A stretch of 64,000 bases of DNA from Spirochaetaceae bacterium (GCA_051531975.1 JAOPTT010000010.1:64001-128000), one strand, 5' to 3'. Positions 10,335 to 21,536 are shown, counted from the first letter of the stretch. Made by a program: numbers and translations. The notes: a model not told the origin generated them from the sequence alone.

Positions 10335-11186
10335 TTATTGATTTAAATATTGATTAAATCCCTCACCTAAAACTTCATGTGTAAAACTTACAGAAATAAA
10401 TGCGTTTGGATCTAAGTTTCTTATAAATAGTTTTAATTTTATGTACTCTTTTTTATTTAAAATAGCCTGAATAACCTGTTTTGTTTCCCCAGTATATCCA
10501 CCAACAGCTTCGTAGATTGTAGTAGTTCTATCTATAGATTTTACAACAAAATCATTAATCTGTTTTGACTGCTTACTAATAACTACAACATGGAGTTTTT
10601 GTTCAAACCCGGCTATAACTCTGTCTATAACAAGTCCATTTAGTACAATTCCGACAAATGCCCATAACCCTAGAGTAAAACCAAAGGCAAACCCGGCAGA
10701 AATTACGACAACAAAATCTGTAATTAATAACGCACGTCCTATTTCGGTATGAAAGTATTTATTAATAACTTTTGCAACAATATCAGTACCACCAGTGGAT
10801 GCATCCTGATAAAAAATAAGCCCCATTCCTAAGCCCTGGATAACTATCCCAAAAATTAGATTTAAAAGAGTATCATCAACAATCGGTCCACTTAGAGGAA
10901 AAAACATCTCAAATAAAAATATAATACCTGATAGAGCTAAACTTGAATAAATAGTATTTGCTGTAAATTTTTTGCCAAAGAGAATTAAGGCCACTAAAAT
11001 TAAAACAACATTCATAACTGTCATAACTATTCCAATAGGAATTATAGGTACAAAATGGTTTATAACCATAGCTAGACCAATAATTCCACCTGCTGCTAAA
11101 TCCGATGCAATTAAAAAGAAGTGCAGTCCTATAGCCATAACTATTAGACCGACATTTATAAGTAAAAATTTCTTAAGTTTTTTCAT
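10335..11186 (-). CDS. yitT: YitT family membrane protein
   Basis: LAAGGIIGLA, ASTGGTDIV and DPNAFISV motifs; C-terminal EVLGEGF. Confidence 0.88.
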   Translation of the reverse strand: MKKLKKFLLINVGLIVMAIGLHFFLIASDLAAGGIIGLAMVINHFVPIIPIGIVMTVMNVVLILVALILFGKKFTANTIYSSLALSGIIFLFEMFFPLSGPIVDDTLLNLIFGIVIQGLGMGLIFYQDASTGGTDIVAKVINKYFHTEIGRALLITDFVVVISAGFAFGFTLGLWAFVGIVLNGLVIDRVIAGFEQKLHVVVISKQSKQINDFVVKSIDRTTTIYEAVGGYTGETKQVIQAILNKKEYIKLKLFIRNLDPNAFISVSFTHEVLGEGFNQYLNQ

Positions 11187-11251
11187 AACTTGTAAAATCT
11201 AACATGATAAATACGACAATACAACACCTCTAGTACCAATTATGATTTTAA

Positions 11252-11283
11252 CAAATAACAGAGAGGATTATCCTCTCTGCTAT
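11252..11283 (-). terminator. Probable intrinsic terminator downstream of tyrS
   Basis: Stem CAGAGAGGA-TAA-TCCTCTCTG followed by TTATTTGT on the minus strand. Confidence 0.55.
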
Positions 11284-11341
11284 CAATTACTTTTGTAGTA
11301 AAATAATAGACTATTAATAACTTACAATCACAAATAGTACT

Positions 11342-12553
11342 TTAACCTAGAAATTTTACAAACCGTCTTTTTCCAACTTTAATAGTTAAAGATTCACCTT
11401 GTTTCAGATTAATAAAAAGATCACTGTTATCTATTTTTTCTCCATCAATTTTAATAGCCCCCTGGGATATTAATCTCTTAGCCTCTGTTACAGAGGGTAC
11501 TAATTCATAAGTTTTTAATAAATTGATAAGTTTACTCTCTTTAGTACCAATAGTAACTTCTGGGATATCTGTTGGGGCTTCTTTATTACTAAATACTTTA
11601 AGAAACTCATCTTTACAAAAGTCAGCCTCTTTCTTGGAATGATATATAGAGACAATTTCACTGGCTAATTCCAACTTTAAATCCCTAGGATTCTCAAGTT
11701 TCAGTCTCTCTTCAATTATTAAAACTTGATCCTGGTTAAAATTTGTACAGTAGCTAAAAAAAGTAGTTATTATATCGTCTCTAATAGCCATAACCCTACC
11801 AAACTTATCTGATGCTTTTGACAACACAGGTATATGATTATTAAAAGATTTACTCATTTTTCTACCATCGGAACCTAAAAGAAGTGGCATAAAAAGTGCA
11901 ACCTGTGGTTCTAATCCTGAATCCTTTAACATATCCCTTCCACATAAGATATTAAACTTCTGATCCATACCTCCAAGTTCTACATCGCACTCTATTTGTA
12001 CAGAGTCCCAGGCTTGTAATACAGGGTAAAATAGTTCATGCAGAGAGAGTCTAGCACCTGTTTCAAGTCGTTTCTTAAAAGTTTCGTGACTTAACATATG
12101 GGCTACAGAGAATTTAGAACTAGCAGTTAGAAGATCCTGCAGATCAACTTTGTTAAACCAATCACTCTGTTTATGAATTGTAGTTTTATCCCTATCTACA
12201 ATTTTGAATATCTGCTGGCTATAGGTTTCTGCATTGTTTTCTACATCATTAGCTGTAAGTGGAGGTCTCTCTGAATTCCTTCCTGTAGGGTCACCTATTC
12301 TAGCAGTGTAATCTCCAATAATAAGATGGGCATGGTGTCCTAAATCCTGAAACTGTCTAATCTTCTTATAAACAGTCATATGGCCTAAATGCACATCCGG
12401 GGATGTAGGATCAATTCCCATTTTAATTTTTAATGCAATTCCAGTCTCTAAACTTTTTTTAATTTTAGCTTCTAACTCTTTAACTGGCATAATTTCAGCT
12501 ACACCCTCTGTAATAATTCCCATCTGTCTTTGAACTTCTAGCTCTATATTCAT
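11342..12553 (-). CDS. tyrS: Tyrosine--tRNA ligase
   Basis: GIDPTSPDVHLGH (HIGH), KMSKS and a C-terminal S4 domain; start moved to ATG 12553 (MNIELEV) after an AAGGGGG SD. Confidence 0.97.
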   Translation of the reverse strand: MNIELEVQRQMGIITEGVAEIMPVKELEAKIKKSLETGIALKIKMGIDPTSPDVHLGHMTVYKKIRQFQDLGHHAHLIIGDYTARIGDPTGRNSERPPLTANDVENNAETYSQQIFKIVDRDKTTIHKQSDWFNKVDLQDLLTASSKFSVAHMLSHETFKKRLETGARLSLHELFYPVLQAWDSVQIECDVELGGMDQKFNILCGRDMLKDSGLEPQVALFMPLLLGSDGRKMSKSFNNHIPVLSKASDKFGRVMAIRDDIITTFFSYCTNFNQDQVLIIEERLKLENPRDLKLELASEIVSIYHSKKEADFCKDEFLKVFSNKEAPTDIPEVTIGTKESKLINLLKTYELVPSVTEAKRLISQGAIKIDGEKIDNSDLFINLKQGESLTIKVGKRRFVKFLG

Positions 12554-12572
12554 ATTTTTCCCCCTTATAAAC

Positions 12573-12606
12573 AAAAAAAAGACCCGTAGGATATACCTAC
12601 GGGTCT
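12573..12606 (-). terminator. Attenuator terminator in the tyrS leader
   Basis: Perfect 11-bp stem AGACCCGTAGG-TATAT-CCTACGGGTCT followed by a T tract, about 20 nt before the tyrS start. Confidence 0.9.
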
Positions 12607-12627
12607 GAAATTGTTCATAATTTAATA

Positions 12628-12711
12628 TTACAACTTCTGTAGCTTATACCTTACAAAAAAGAGTGAGTTGTAATAATAATAATAGTTTGTATTTGCTACA
12701 GAAATATTCAT
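12628..12711 (-). CDS. Tyr-rich leader peptide of tyrS, 27 aa (MNISVANTNYYYYYNSLFFVRYKLQKL)
   Basis: ATG at 12711, five consecutive Tyr codons (TAT x4, TAC), TAA at 12628-12630, directly upstream of the terminator hairpin. Confidence 0.85.
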   Translation of the reverse strand: MNISVANTNYYYYYNSLFFVRYKLQKL

Positions 12712-12874
12712 ACCTAATTATTAGCATAGATATTAAGGTTTGTACAGAAGAGAACATTAAGGTTCTGTTTTAACTGATACAGAAGTTATGAATAGGAGTA
12801 TTTGATAATTCTATAAATAATATATGTACATAGTTTAAACTAAATAATATTTATACTTGTTAAATGAAATAGTA

Positions 12875-13408
12875 TTAACACAAAATAGCTTCAGGTATTT
12901 CCCGAAATATCTCTTTTACTAAAACATCATGTTTATCTGTAAATAGTGAAATTCTTCTTCCATTACTTGAACCTGTATCTTCTGTTATTATAGAAATATT
13001 ATTGTTTATTAAGAAATTTTCAGCACAAAAAATATTTCTTTGTCCTATTGATTGGTCATTTTTTGTGCTTGGTATTATACTTCCACCACCAAAGATTTTT
13101 GCTTCAATAGATGTAACTTCAGCACCAAATTCAACCATTTTATTTATCAACTCTTTATTAGCATTATCACCAAATCTTAGGGCAGATAGATTTGATTCAT
13201 TATTAAGATATTCTATATTTGAATTACTATTTTGGGGAAGCATATAGTGATTCATACCTGAAACCCCATTTTTTTTGTCAAACAGGCATATAGAGATGCA
13301 TGAACCTAGTATCGTAGTAATAATTTCATCTTTTCTACTAACGTATACTTCACCGGGAAATATAGTTACCTGATCAATTTTATATTGTTGGTTAAAAACT
13401 CTTGTCAT
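12875..13408 (-). CDS. cheD: Chemoreceptor glutamine deamidase CheD
   Basis: ITTILGSCISICL, GMNHYMLP, AKIFGGG and EDTG motifs. Confidence 0.92.
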   Translation of the reverse strand: MTRVFNQQYKIDQVTIFPGEVYVSRKDEIITTILGSCISICLFDKKNGVSGMNHYMLPQNSNSNIEYLNNESNLSALRFGDNANKELINKMVEFGAEVTSIEAKIFGGGSIIPSTKNDQSIGQRNIFCAENFLINNNISIITEDTGSSNGRRISLFTDKHDVLVKEIFREIPEAILC

Positions 13409-13627
13409 TTTGTACTACCTATTCAAATATTTTTTTTAAATTATTGCTCTATGTAATAGACCTTATTTATACAAAAAAACCTGTATTATCCAGACCCTAT
13501 AATTAATAAATTTAATCAAATTAATTCAATTTGTATTAATTTTATACGCATCCTATAGTAAACACAATAGTTCATGAAACTAAGAACACGAATATTTAAT
13601 ATAAACATAAGTACCAGATATGTGAAC

Positions 13628-14206
13628 CTAATATGCACGAATAGCACGTACTGAATAAGTATCCCATTCTGCGCCATCACTACTAAAACTTCCATCACTA
13701 AAATTCATATAACCAGCATATCCATCAGTTTCTAAAGATGATGACCAATAATTTTCTGAATCAAAATTACCAATCAAATCCTTTTTAGAATATAAACTTT
13801 CTAATTCAGATTTTGAAGGTAAAAACCAATCGCTATAACCATTTCGATCAGAAGAGTCACATGCATTTGCAGCATATGTTCCAGAACCTAAAGTATCAAC
13901 AAGAAGCTGCGTATTACTACTTCCTAGCCCTACTGATGAAAATAAATCATTTATATCTACGTAGTTTCCATAACCATTATACCAATACATTTCTGAATTT
14001 TCATCAGTCATTGCAACTTCTAAAAATCTCCAACCATCAGAATAACTACCTTTATCATAGAAAATGTAACCTCCAGATGGGCCAATTTCTAATTCATTAG
14101 CGTCTTCTAATTCATTAGCTTCTGGAGCATATTTAAAAAATGGATTTATAGAGAGCTGATCACAACTAAAAAGTAGTATTAATATAGCAAGTTTAATTAT
14201 TTTCAG
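13628..14206 (-). CDS. DUF1566 (Lcl C-terminal) domain lipoprotein, probable CTG start
   Basis: Frame extends upstream of track start 14011 to CTG 14206 (KIIKLAILILLFSC lipobox; GPSGGYIFYDKG); contains GYSDWFLPSKSEL, YWSSS and VRAIRAY. Confidence 0.75.
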   Translation of the reverse strand: MKIIKLAILILLFSCDQLSINPFFKYAPEANELEDANELEIGPSGGYIFYDKGSYSDGWRFLEVAMTDENSEMYWYNGYGNYVDINDLFSSVGLGSSNTQLLVDTLGSGTYAANACDSSDRNGYSDWFLPSKSELESLYSKKDLIGNFDSENYWSSSLETDGYAGYMNFSDGSFSSDGAEWDTYSVRAIRAY

Positions 14207-16014
14207 AACAGTACTCCTATAGATGGTGAGTATATAAAGTCAGCATCATCTGATAAAAAGTTTGTTGGATAAAAATAATTGTTTATTTGCAAGATGATTC
14301 TACCTAAAGGAATACTAAAACCTAAATTTAAACCAATATCTGTTACATAACCTAAGTTGGACTCATAGTCATCTTGATCAAATATTATGTATCCAAGGCC
14401 ATCTTGACTGGTTATATTCTGATATCTAATTAAATCTGATGTTATCCCCGCGTATAACCAAAAAGGTTTTTTAAAAAAATAGTAGTTAAACTCCAATGGG
14501 ATTGCTACTGAATAATAATCATAATAAGCAAAGGAAAGACCCATTTTCAAACCAAATCTCTTGGTAGGATTCCATAGAGAACTAGCTGTTACTAGAGATC
14601 CACCTCCAACATATGCATTCCACATGAATGTATCAAATTCTGGGATGTTTACTGTAAAATTTGAATCTGGTTTTAATTCAAGAAATTTTGTTTCCCATTC
14701 CAATACAGAACCTTTTGATAATTTTACATTTCTCTGTTTCATTAAATCCCAAATATCACCGTAATACTCTTTTAGGTGCTTTACAAACTGATACTTACTT
14801 TTTGTCTTTTTATCACTAAGATAAGAATTATACAGAGCTTCTATATATAAACTATCATTTCTGTATAAATTTAAAAAATCCTTAGAAAACCAAAATGTAA
14901 GAGCTTTGACTTCATTTTCATGAGAGTAATACCCCTCATAATCTTTCTTTACTAAAAGTTTTATTCCTTCTAATTTTTGTAAAACTGAAATCAACTGAAC
15001 ACTTCTTAGAAACTCTTGTTCAGCTATACTTTTATTTTCACTATCTTTTAAGAATTTATGACTTATCTGAAAAAATGAAGTGTTTATATTCTCTTTATTA
15101 TTAAAGTTTTCAATTGCATTATTAAGTTCTCTATTTATTTCTAAACGTAATAATAGTTGCTCGATATCTTTCTTCTCAATTATTAGAGTTGGGCTAAATG
15201 ACAAATCGTCCATTGATTCTAAAAGAGCTTTAACTTCCATAAGCCGAATGTCAATATCAATATTATTTACAATTGTATTTTTGGCTAATATAGCTATATT
15301 TTTAATATTCTCTTCTTCATAAGCTGTTAAATATGGAACAGAGAAATCTATATTAAGCTTTTCCCTCTCTTTTAAAAGATACTCTTTCGAGAATATAACT
15401 TTCTTCTGGTTAAACCTATTTTGTTTTATCTCTATTAAGTATGTTCCGTTTAATACTTTAGGTATATGAATAGTGTTATTACCAACAAAAGAGCCATTCA
15501 AGTAGATCTCAAAAGCTGCTTTTTCGCCACGATTATTAAAATTTATTGATCCAAAACCAATATGCTCATCACTAAAACGACTTAACATCTCAGATATTAA
15601 AATTTCTGAAATATCAAAAATATCAAAGTAGTTTTCTGCAATATAATCTTTTGATAATAAAAGACTATCTGTTTTACTCTCATAAAGAGAGTTATTTAGT
15701 ACAATATTATTTTTTTCATCAAGGTTAAGAAAACCATAAATAACATTATCTATATAGTTTTCTATAACATAGTTATGTAATTCACCTTTTGACAAACCAG
15801 AGTGTTCATCTTGTTGATCAATCAATATCTCGTATATACCCATATATTTAAGGGAATTAGTTATGGTAGAGTTTATACTAGAACATATAGCATTATAGAT
15901 ATCATCGTCTACTTGGTTTTCGAAGGGAATAATTAAAATTCTAGGTTTTATATCGTTTGAATGAACTAAAGAGATAAAATTAATAATAATAAAGGCTATT
16001 AATATCTTTTTCAC
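14203..16014 (-). CDS. Exported protein with TolB/CsgG-like N-terminus, PEGA-like segment and probable C-terminal beta-barrel
   Basis: Signal peptide; RILIIPFEN; EIYLNGSFVG; alternating aromatic strands ending in Phe. Confidence 0.55.
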   Translation of the reverse strand: MKKILIAFIIINFISLVHSNDIKPRILIIPFENQVDDDIYNAICSSINSTITNSLKYMGIYEILIDQQDEHSGLSKGELHNYVIENYIDNVIYGFLNLDEKNNIVLNNSLYESKTDSLLLSKDYIAENYFDIFDISEILISEMLSRFSDEHIGFGSINFNNRGEKAAFEIYLNGSFVGNNTIHIPKVLNGTYLIEIKQNRFNQKKVIFSKEYLLKEREKLNIDFSVPYLTAYEEENIKNIAILAKNTIVNNIDIDIRLMEVKALLESMDDLSFSPTLIIEKKDIEQLLLRLEINRELNNAIENFNNKENINTSFFQISHKFLKDSENKSIAEQEFLRSVQLISVLQKLEGIKLLVKKDYEGYYSHENEVKALTFWFSKDFLNLYRNDSLYIEALYNSYLSDKKTKSKYQFVKHLKEYYGDIWDLMKQRNVKLSKGSVLEWETKFLELKPDSNFTVNIPEFDTFMWNAYVGGGSLVTASSLWNPTKRFGLKMGLSFAYYDYYSVAIPLEFNYYFFKKPFWLYAGITSDLIRYQNITSQDGLGYIIFDQDDYESNLGYVTDIGLNLGFSIPLGRIILQINNYFYPTNFLSDDADFIYSPSIGVLF

Positions 16015-16213
16015 AATTTAACTTAATATGTAGCGTAGATGATGTCAAACTTTTTTAAATTTTTTTCTAAAAGCAAGATAATATTATATAAACGAAATGA
16101 CAGTTTACATCTCTGCTTACACTTGAATATATTTTCTACTGAACTGATACAGCAGAGAATATTTAATATAAGTCCCAGATATGTAGAATAATAGAAATAA
16201 TATCAATAATTTA

Positions 16214-16930
16214 TTAATTTCCACTAATGATTTTTTTCTCTGCTATTGTAATTACTTTTTTCATTTCACCACTTTCTATCATCTCTTTAATAGCATTATC
16301 AACTATAGGAACAATCTCTGATTTACTAACATATATATAGTGGAATAGGTCAAGGACTGCCAGAGGATTTTCAAAAGGAATAATATCTGTATACCCTAAT
16401 TTTTTTATTGCAATAAGACCATCAACAGTATTAGTTAGTGCAATATCAATCCTCTTGTTTTCTAGCATTTTTATCATCTGTAATGTAGTATTAATATTCA
16501 CAACATCATCTAAACCTTCTGTGATATTATTAGTATGTTTAACCCCACGAACTTTCCCCACTCTATAATTTATTAGATCCTCTTTATTATTAATAACAAT
16601 ACCGCTGTCTTTTTTTATGAAACCCATTGTTTCAAGGTAATAATATGGAGTTGGAACCCTAACTGAGGTAGGATTTTCTTCTCCATAGCTATATATTCTC
16701 ATAATTTCACCATCTTTCTTGCCAGATATAGCTAATTGTTGAGCTCTTATTCCCGGTACTGGTGTTATTGAGACTTCAAGATCAAGTTTCTTATATATTT
16801 CAAGAATGATAAGTCGTCCAATTTTCTGCTCAATTAAATTTTCGATAGATACAAAATCATAATCCTCACCATAAGAAAAGCCAGTAATTATTATTGAAAA
16901 TAGCATTAATGAAGCAATGATTTTTTTCAC
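16214..16930 (-). CDS. Family-3-like periplasmic substrate-binding protein
   Basis: Signal peptide; PGIRAQQLA...DGEIMR; VGKVRG; RIDIAL. Confidence 0.75.
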   Translation of the reverse strand: MKKIIASLMLFSIIITGFSYGEDYDFVSIENLIEQKIGRLIILEIYKKLDLEVSITPVPGIRAQQLAISGKKDGEIMRIYSYGEENPTSVRVPTPYYYLETMGFIKKDSGIVINNKEDLINYRVGKVRGVKHTNNITEGLDDVVNINTTLQMIKMLENKRIDIALTNTVDGLIAIKKLGYTDIIPFENPLAVLDLFHYIYVSKSEIVPIVDNAIKEMIESGEMKKVITIAEKKIISGN

Positions 16931-17129
16931 ATAAAAGTCCTTTTATATTTAGTATAATTCAATTCTAATTATTGTATTAGAAAAATAATGTTAATCTACA
17001 GTTAAGAAAATATATGAAACCATCTATATTTATTAAAAGTATAATCATTTCTGTAAACAAAAAGCACAACATGGAGTCAGAAGGCAGTTCTATATTCATG
17101 ATAGTTGTATTCAAAAGTAATACAGTTGC

Positions 17130-20100
17130 TTATTTTTCGTGTATAACATCGTATATAAGTTTACTAAGTTCATCAATTCTGTATGGTTTTGCTAAATAAC
17201 CTGATAACCCAAAGCCTTTAAGATCTGTACAATTGATATTATCTGTAAATCCGGAGGATATTATGATTCTGCTGTTATCATCAATTTCTTTCATTTTAAA
17301 AAAGGCATCTCGACCATTAACATTCGGCATTACCATATCCATTAATACCAGGTCTATTTCAGAATGTTTACTACTAAAAATATTTATCGCCTCATGCCCA
17401 TCTTTTGCGGTAATAACATTATACCCAAGCTCTTTAAGCATATCATTTACAGTAATACGAATAAGTTCTTCATCATCAACTACCAGTATGTTACCGCTTC
17501 CAATAACTGCCTTATGATAAGTTTTCTTTTCAACAGTTCTACTTTCTGCACATGGTAATAGGATCGTGAACATTGTTCCAGATTTCTCTTTACTATATAC
17601 GCTTATTGAGCCATGGTGTTCAGTTATTGTTGTGTAAGCAGATGCCAGCCCGAGGCCTGTGCCTTTACCTTTTTGTTTTGTTGTAAAAAACGGGTCAAAT
17701 ATTTTATCTATTATACCTTCAGGAATTCCTATTCCATCATCTTTAATCGTTATTCTACAATATTCACCTTCTTCCAATTCAAATAAAGAATTTTGGCAAT
17801 ATCCTTTATCTAATACAGTATTTTGCACAGTAATCTCTATATTTCCACAATCACTCATAGCGTGACTTGAATTGATTCCTAGATTTATGAATATATTCTG
17901 TAATGCAGAAAAATCACCATTAACAATATTGAAATCAGATTCATTGTGAATAGATATTTTGATCCTTTTATCTAATGATCTTGATAATATAGAAATAACA
18001 TCTTCTAATAGTTTATTAAGATCTATATTACTTTTATTAAAGACTCTATTCCCACCAAAAGTTAATAACTTTGTAGTTAGATCAGCAGCTCTACTTGATG
18101 TTTGAATAATCAAATCAACATATCTTTTTGACTTATCATCAAGATTTCTTTTAGGAGAGAGTAGCAGCTGGGATGAATTCATTATTGCAGTCAAAAGATT
18201 ATTAAAATCATGAGCTATTCCCCCAGCTAAAAGCCCAAGGGCTTCCATTTTATTTGCCTGCTGAAGTTTTCCCTCTAGAATTTTAGTTTGAAGTAGAGAA
18301 TTGTGATTTTGGGATAACTGTAACTGACTTGATATTCTGGCTAAAAGCTCATATTTGGAAAAAGGTTTTGTAATGTAATCATTTGCGCCTACAGAAAATC
18401 CCTGGACAAAATCAGTAATCAGGTTTTTAGCAGTTAGTAGTATTATGGGTAGTTCATTTGCAGTATATTTTTTTCGAAGTATTTGACAAACATCAAAACC
18501 AGACATTTTTGGCATCATAACATCTAATAAAATTAAGTTTGGATTTCCATATTTTTGAATAAGTTCCAAAGCTTCCTGCCCACTCTCGGCACCAATGCAA
18601 GAGTAATTTTCTAGAGAAAGATAGTTAATAATCATTTTTACGTTTATTGGATCGTCATCAACTATTAAAATTTTAAACAAACTGTTTTTTGCAGTATCGT
18701 CTTTAGAAGAGTAAGAATTTTCTTTAACTATTTCATCAGGATCTTCAAAGACTATAGAATTCATGATAGTTGAAGAAGTAGGGGTTTTCTCTGCATTCTT
18801 TTTAGATTTAAGCAGAGTGAAAAAAAAGGTAGTACCTTTTCCAAGAATTGATTCAACCCGGATACTCCCCCCATGTAATTCTATAAGTTGTTTGGTAATC
18901 GCTAATCCTAAACCAGTTCCTCCATATAATCTCTCTGTCGAACTATCAATTTGCTCAAATGACTCAAACACTGAATCTAGGTTTTCTTCAGAAATACCAA
19001 TTCCAGTATCCTTAACTGATATTTCAAGAGTATTACCGATATCTTTTGCAGAGATTTCAATATTTCCTGATTCCGTAAATTTAATTGCATTACCAACTAA
19101 ATTATATAAAATTTGTTGTACTCGGTTTTCATCAGCCATAACTGTAGAAAATTCAGGATTAATTTTATTATTAAAAGTTACATTTTTTGACTTAATTAAA
19201 GGTTTTGATAACTTTAGAACAATATCTGCAATTGAATACATATCCACTGCTAAAAAAACTATTTCGATATCCTGATTTTTCATTTTTGAAAAATCAAGAA
19301 TATCATTTATTAAGTATGAAAGTCGTTTCCCAGCCTGAGTAATCATTTTAAGGTCACCTTTTTGAGCTGGAGTAACAGGCCCACCAATTCCTTCCGATAA
19401 GGTTTCACTAAGCCCGATAATTCCACCTAGGGGAGTACGGAGTTCATGGGATGTATTTGTTAAAAAAGAATCCTTAATCTTATTTAAGCGTTGAAGTTCA
19501 TTATTCTGAAGATCTACTAGTTCTTTTTCTTTTATAAAAGTCAAACTACGAGATAGAGCAATCATAAAGATAGCAACTAAAAGCAGTAAACTGGAAATAA
19601 TTCCCAGATATTGAATATTTTGTTTTTTATCCTTAAGTTCAATATTGAGAATGTTTGTTAATTCTAGAAAAATAGCCTCCATTGTTGTTCTAACAACTTG
19701 AAATGATCGTATATTCTCAATCAGAAGTGTAATTTTTGTTCCAGTTCTTGACTTAAATGATTGCAAGGTATCAAATTCTTCTAAATTACCACTTTCGAAC
19801 AGGACCAATAAATCATTTTCAATTAGTTTGGCATCTTCTTTATTTATCTCCCAGAGAGCATAGATCGTCTGTTCCATCTCAGCAAAATCAACATGGGTTG
19901 ATTTTATGTCTATAATAGTTGGTAACTGTGAAAGTTTGATAAATTTTTCTTCAAAGCTTACCCTAGAATCCTGCCACTCTTCATAACGGTTTTCTATATA
20001 TTCGTCTATAAGTAATGATTGAATGCTAATATTTACGACCGATAATGAGTGAAGTAGTTCTTGAAGATTTGTCTGGGCATTATCAAGTTTTTCCATTTTC

Positions 20101-20189
20101 CCATAGGCAAAAATAAGCACACCGATCATAGAAATCTGGAGGACAAACAAGACTATTATAAGAGAAAACCAACCGAGTTTACGTTTCAT
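17130..20189 (-). CDS. Membrane hybrid histidine kinase (HisKA-HATPase-REC-HisKA-HATPase-REC)
   Basis: [61 protein letters not shown]. Confidence 0.93.
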   Translation of the reverse strand: MKRKLGWFSLIIVLFVLQISMIGVLIFAYGKMEKLDNAQTNLQELLHSLSVVNISIQSLLIDEYIENRYEEWQDSRVSFEEKFIKLSQLPTIIDIKSTHVDFAEMEQTIYALWEINKEDAKLIENDLLVLFESGNLEEFDTLQSFKSRTGTKITLLIENIRSFQVVRTTMEAIFLELTNILNIELKDKKQNIQYLGIISSLLLLVAIFMIALSRSLTFIKEKELVDLQNNELQRLNKIKDSFLTNTSHELRTPLGGIIGLSETLSEGIGGPVTPAQKGDLKMITQAGKRLSYLINDILDFSKMKNQDIEIVFLAVDMYSIADIVLKLSKPLIKSKNVTFNNKINPEFSTVMADENRVQQILYNLVGNAIKFTESGNIEISAKDIGNTLEISVKDTGIGISEENLDSVFESFEQIDSSTERLYGGTGLGLAITKQLIELHGGSIRVESILGKGTTFFFTLLKSKKNAEKTPTSSTIMNSIVFEDPDEIVKENSYSSKDDTAKNSLFKILIVDDDPINVKMIINYLSLENYSCIGAESGQEALELIQKYGNPNLILLDVMMPKMSGFDVCQILRKKYTANELPIILLTAKNLITDFVQGFSVGANDYITKPFSKYELLARISSQLQLSQNHNSLLQTKILEGKLQQANKMEALGLLAGGIAHDFNNLLTAIMNSSQLLLSPKRNLDDKSKRYVDLIIQTSSRAADLTTKLLTFGGNRVFNKSNIDLNKLLEDVISILSRSLDKRIKISIHNESDFNIVNGDFSALQNIFINLGINSSHAMSDCGNIEITVQNTVLDKGYCQNSLFELEEGEYCRITIKDDGIGIPEGIIDKIFDPFFTTKQKGKGTGLGLASAYTTITEHHGSISVYSKEKSGTMFTILLPCAESRTVEKKTYHKAVIGSGNILVVDDEELIRITVNDMLKELGYNVITAKDGHEAINIFSSKHSEIDLVLMDMVMPNVNGRDAFFKMKEIDDNSRIIISSGFTDNINCTDLKGFGLSGYLAKPYRIDELSKLIYDVIHEK

Positions 20190-20201
20190 TAGAACTCCAT
20201 T

Positions 20202-21536
20202 CTATTTAATGTAACCATTTTTTTTAAATAACAATTCTATACTTTGGTGGGCTTCTTTTAAAGCTTCTTCTTCTGTTTTTTTCCCATCCATGAAATCGAA
20301 CCATGCTTTGTAAAGAATTGGCTCAAGATCTGAAGCGACTGGAATCGTGGGACGGGAACGTGTAGTTAATTTTTCGCCCTCAAGGTTGACTGCAAAAAAA
20401 TCTGATAATTCAGGTTTTAAAGATTTTAATTGTTTTGATTCATGGGTGGATTGTCTTGCAATTGGTGCTCCATGAAGAAACCATTCTACAGCGTTTTCTC
20501 TGCTGGTAAGCCATTTTAAAAATAAAAAAGCTGCTTCTGTATTTTTAGACTGATTTGAAATGGCAAGGGCACCTCCTCCAACAATAAACTTACCTGGTTG
20601 TGGTGCTACCCATGAAACATTGGCAAGCCTTGACTGTTTTGGATCCAAAGCCTTGATCATATAGTTAGTCCAGTTTTGAACCATGGCAATATTTCCCATT
20701 TTATCATAATAACCAGTTTGTTCGTTAGCACCCCAATCACTAAATGCTATAGGTGGTGCATAATTTGATAGTTTTTTTGCAAATCGAAAAGCTTCTGCAT
20801 TTCCTGGAGTATCCAAAAGAACCTGATAAGTTTCTTCATCATATATTTCTCCACCGAAGCTCCAAATATACCACAAAACATTCTTATATGTTGCACTTCT
20901 GTTTCCATGGGATCGGGCCCAACCGTACTGGTCTATTTCCCCATTTCCATCTGTATCTCTTGTAAAAAACTCAGCAACATCCATAAATTGCTGCATTGTA
21001 CGGGGAGGAAGTAAATCATAACCATACTTTTGTTTAAAGTTTTTCTGCTCTTCTGGATTTTCAAACCAATCAGTTCGATATAGGTTCAGTTGGGTAATTG
21101 AGCTATATGGAAATCCTAAAGTATCCCTGCGACCTGGATATTTAACAAAATAGTCAGCTGTAGGAAAGTCTTTAAAATCAACATTGTATTTTTTCATTAA
21201 ATTATCAATAGGAAATAAGTAATCCTCTTGTGATAAGAAACCAATGTGACCTGGGGAAAGATAAAAAATATCGATTTTCCCAAGTTTAGCTTTATGTTCC
21301 AGTTTTAGCTTTTTAAAAAATACAAAATAGCTATCTTGAGATACTTCTACTTTAATTCCCGTAAGTTTCGTAAATTTTTCAATCATTGGAAAAAAGGAAT
21401 CTACATCCGCTCGTTTAGTCATTGCGACATTGATTGTAATCCCTCTAAAAGAATTTGTTTGCTCTGTAATACTATCTTCAGCAAAGACAATAGAACCTAA
21501 AATTAAAATACTAAAAAAGACTAGTGACTTTATCAT
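20202..21536 (-). CDS. Sugar-type (family 1) ABC substrate-binding protein
   Basis: Signal peptide; FTKLTGIKVEV; YRTDWF; PPRTMQQF; GGGALAIS. Confidence 0.8.
   Translation of the reverse strand: MIKSLVFFSILILGSIVFAEDSITEQTNSFRGITINVAMTKRADVDSFFPMIEKFTKLTGIKVEVSQDSYFVFFKKLKLEHKAKLGKIDIFYLSPGHIGFLSQEDYLFPIDNLMKKYNVDFKDFPTADYFVKYPGRRDTLGFPYSSITQLNLYRTDWFENPEEQKNFKQKYGYDLLPPRTMQQFMDVAEFFTRDTDGNGEIDQYGWARSHGNRSATYKNVLWYIWSFGGEIYDEETYQVLLDTPGNAEAFRFAKKLSNYAPPIAFSDWGANEQTGYYDKMGNIAMVQNWTNYMIKALDPKQSRLANVSWVAPQPGKFIVGGGALAISNQSKNTEAAFLFLKWLTSRENAVEWFLHGAPIARQSTHESKQLKSLKPELSDFFAVNLEGEKLTTRSRPTIPVASDLEPILYKAWFDFMDGKKTEEEALKEAHQSIELLFKKNGYIK

Noticed and set aside
12554..12874. T-box riboswitch upstream of tyrS
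   Set aside because: No GGTGGNACC T-box motif is visible; the Tyr-rich uORF and alternative hairpins explain the leader better
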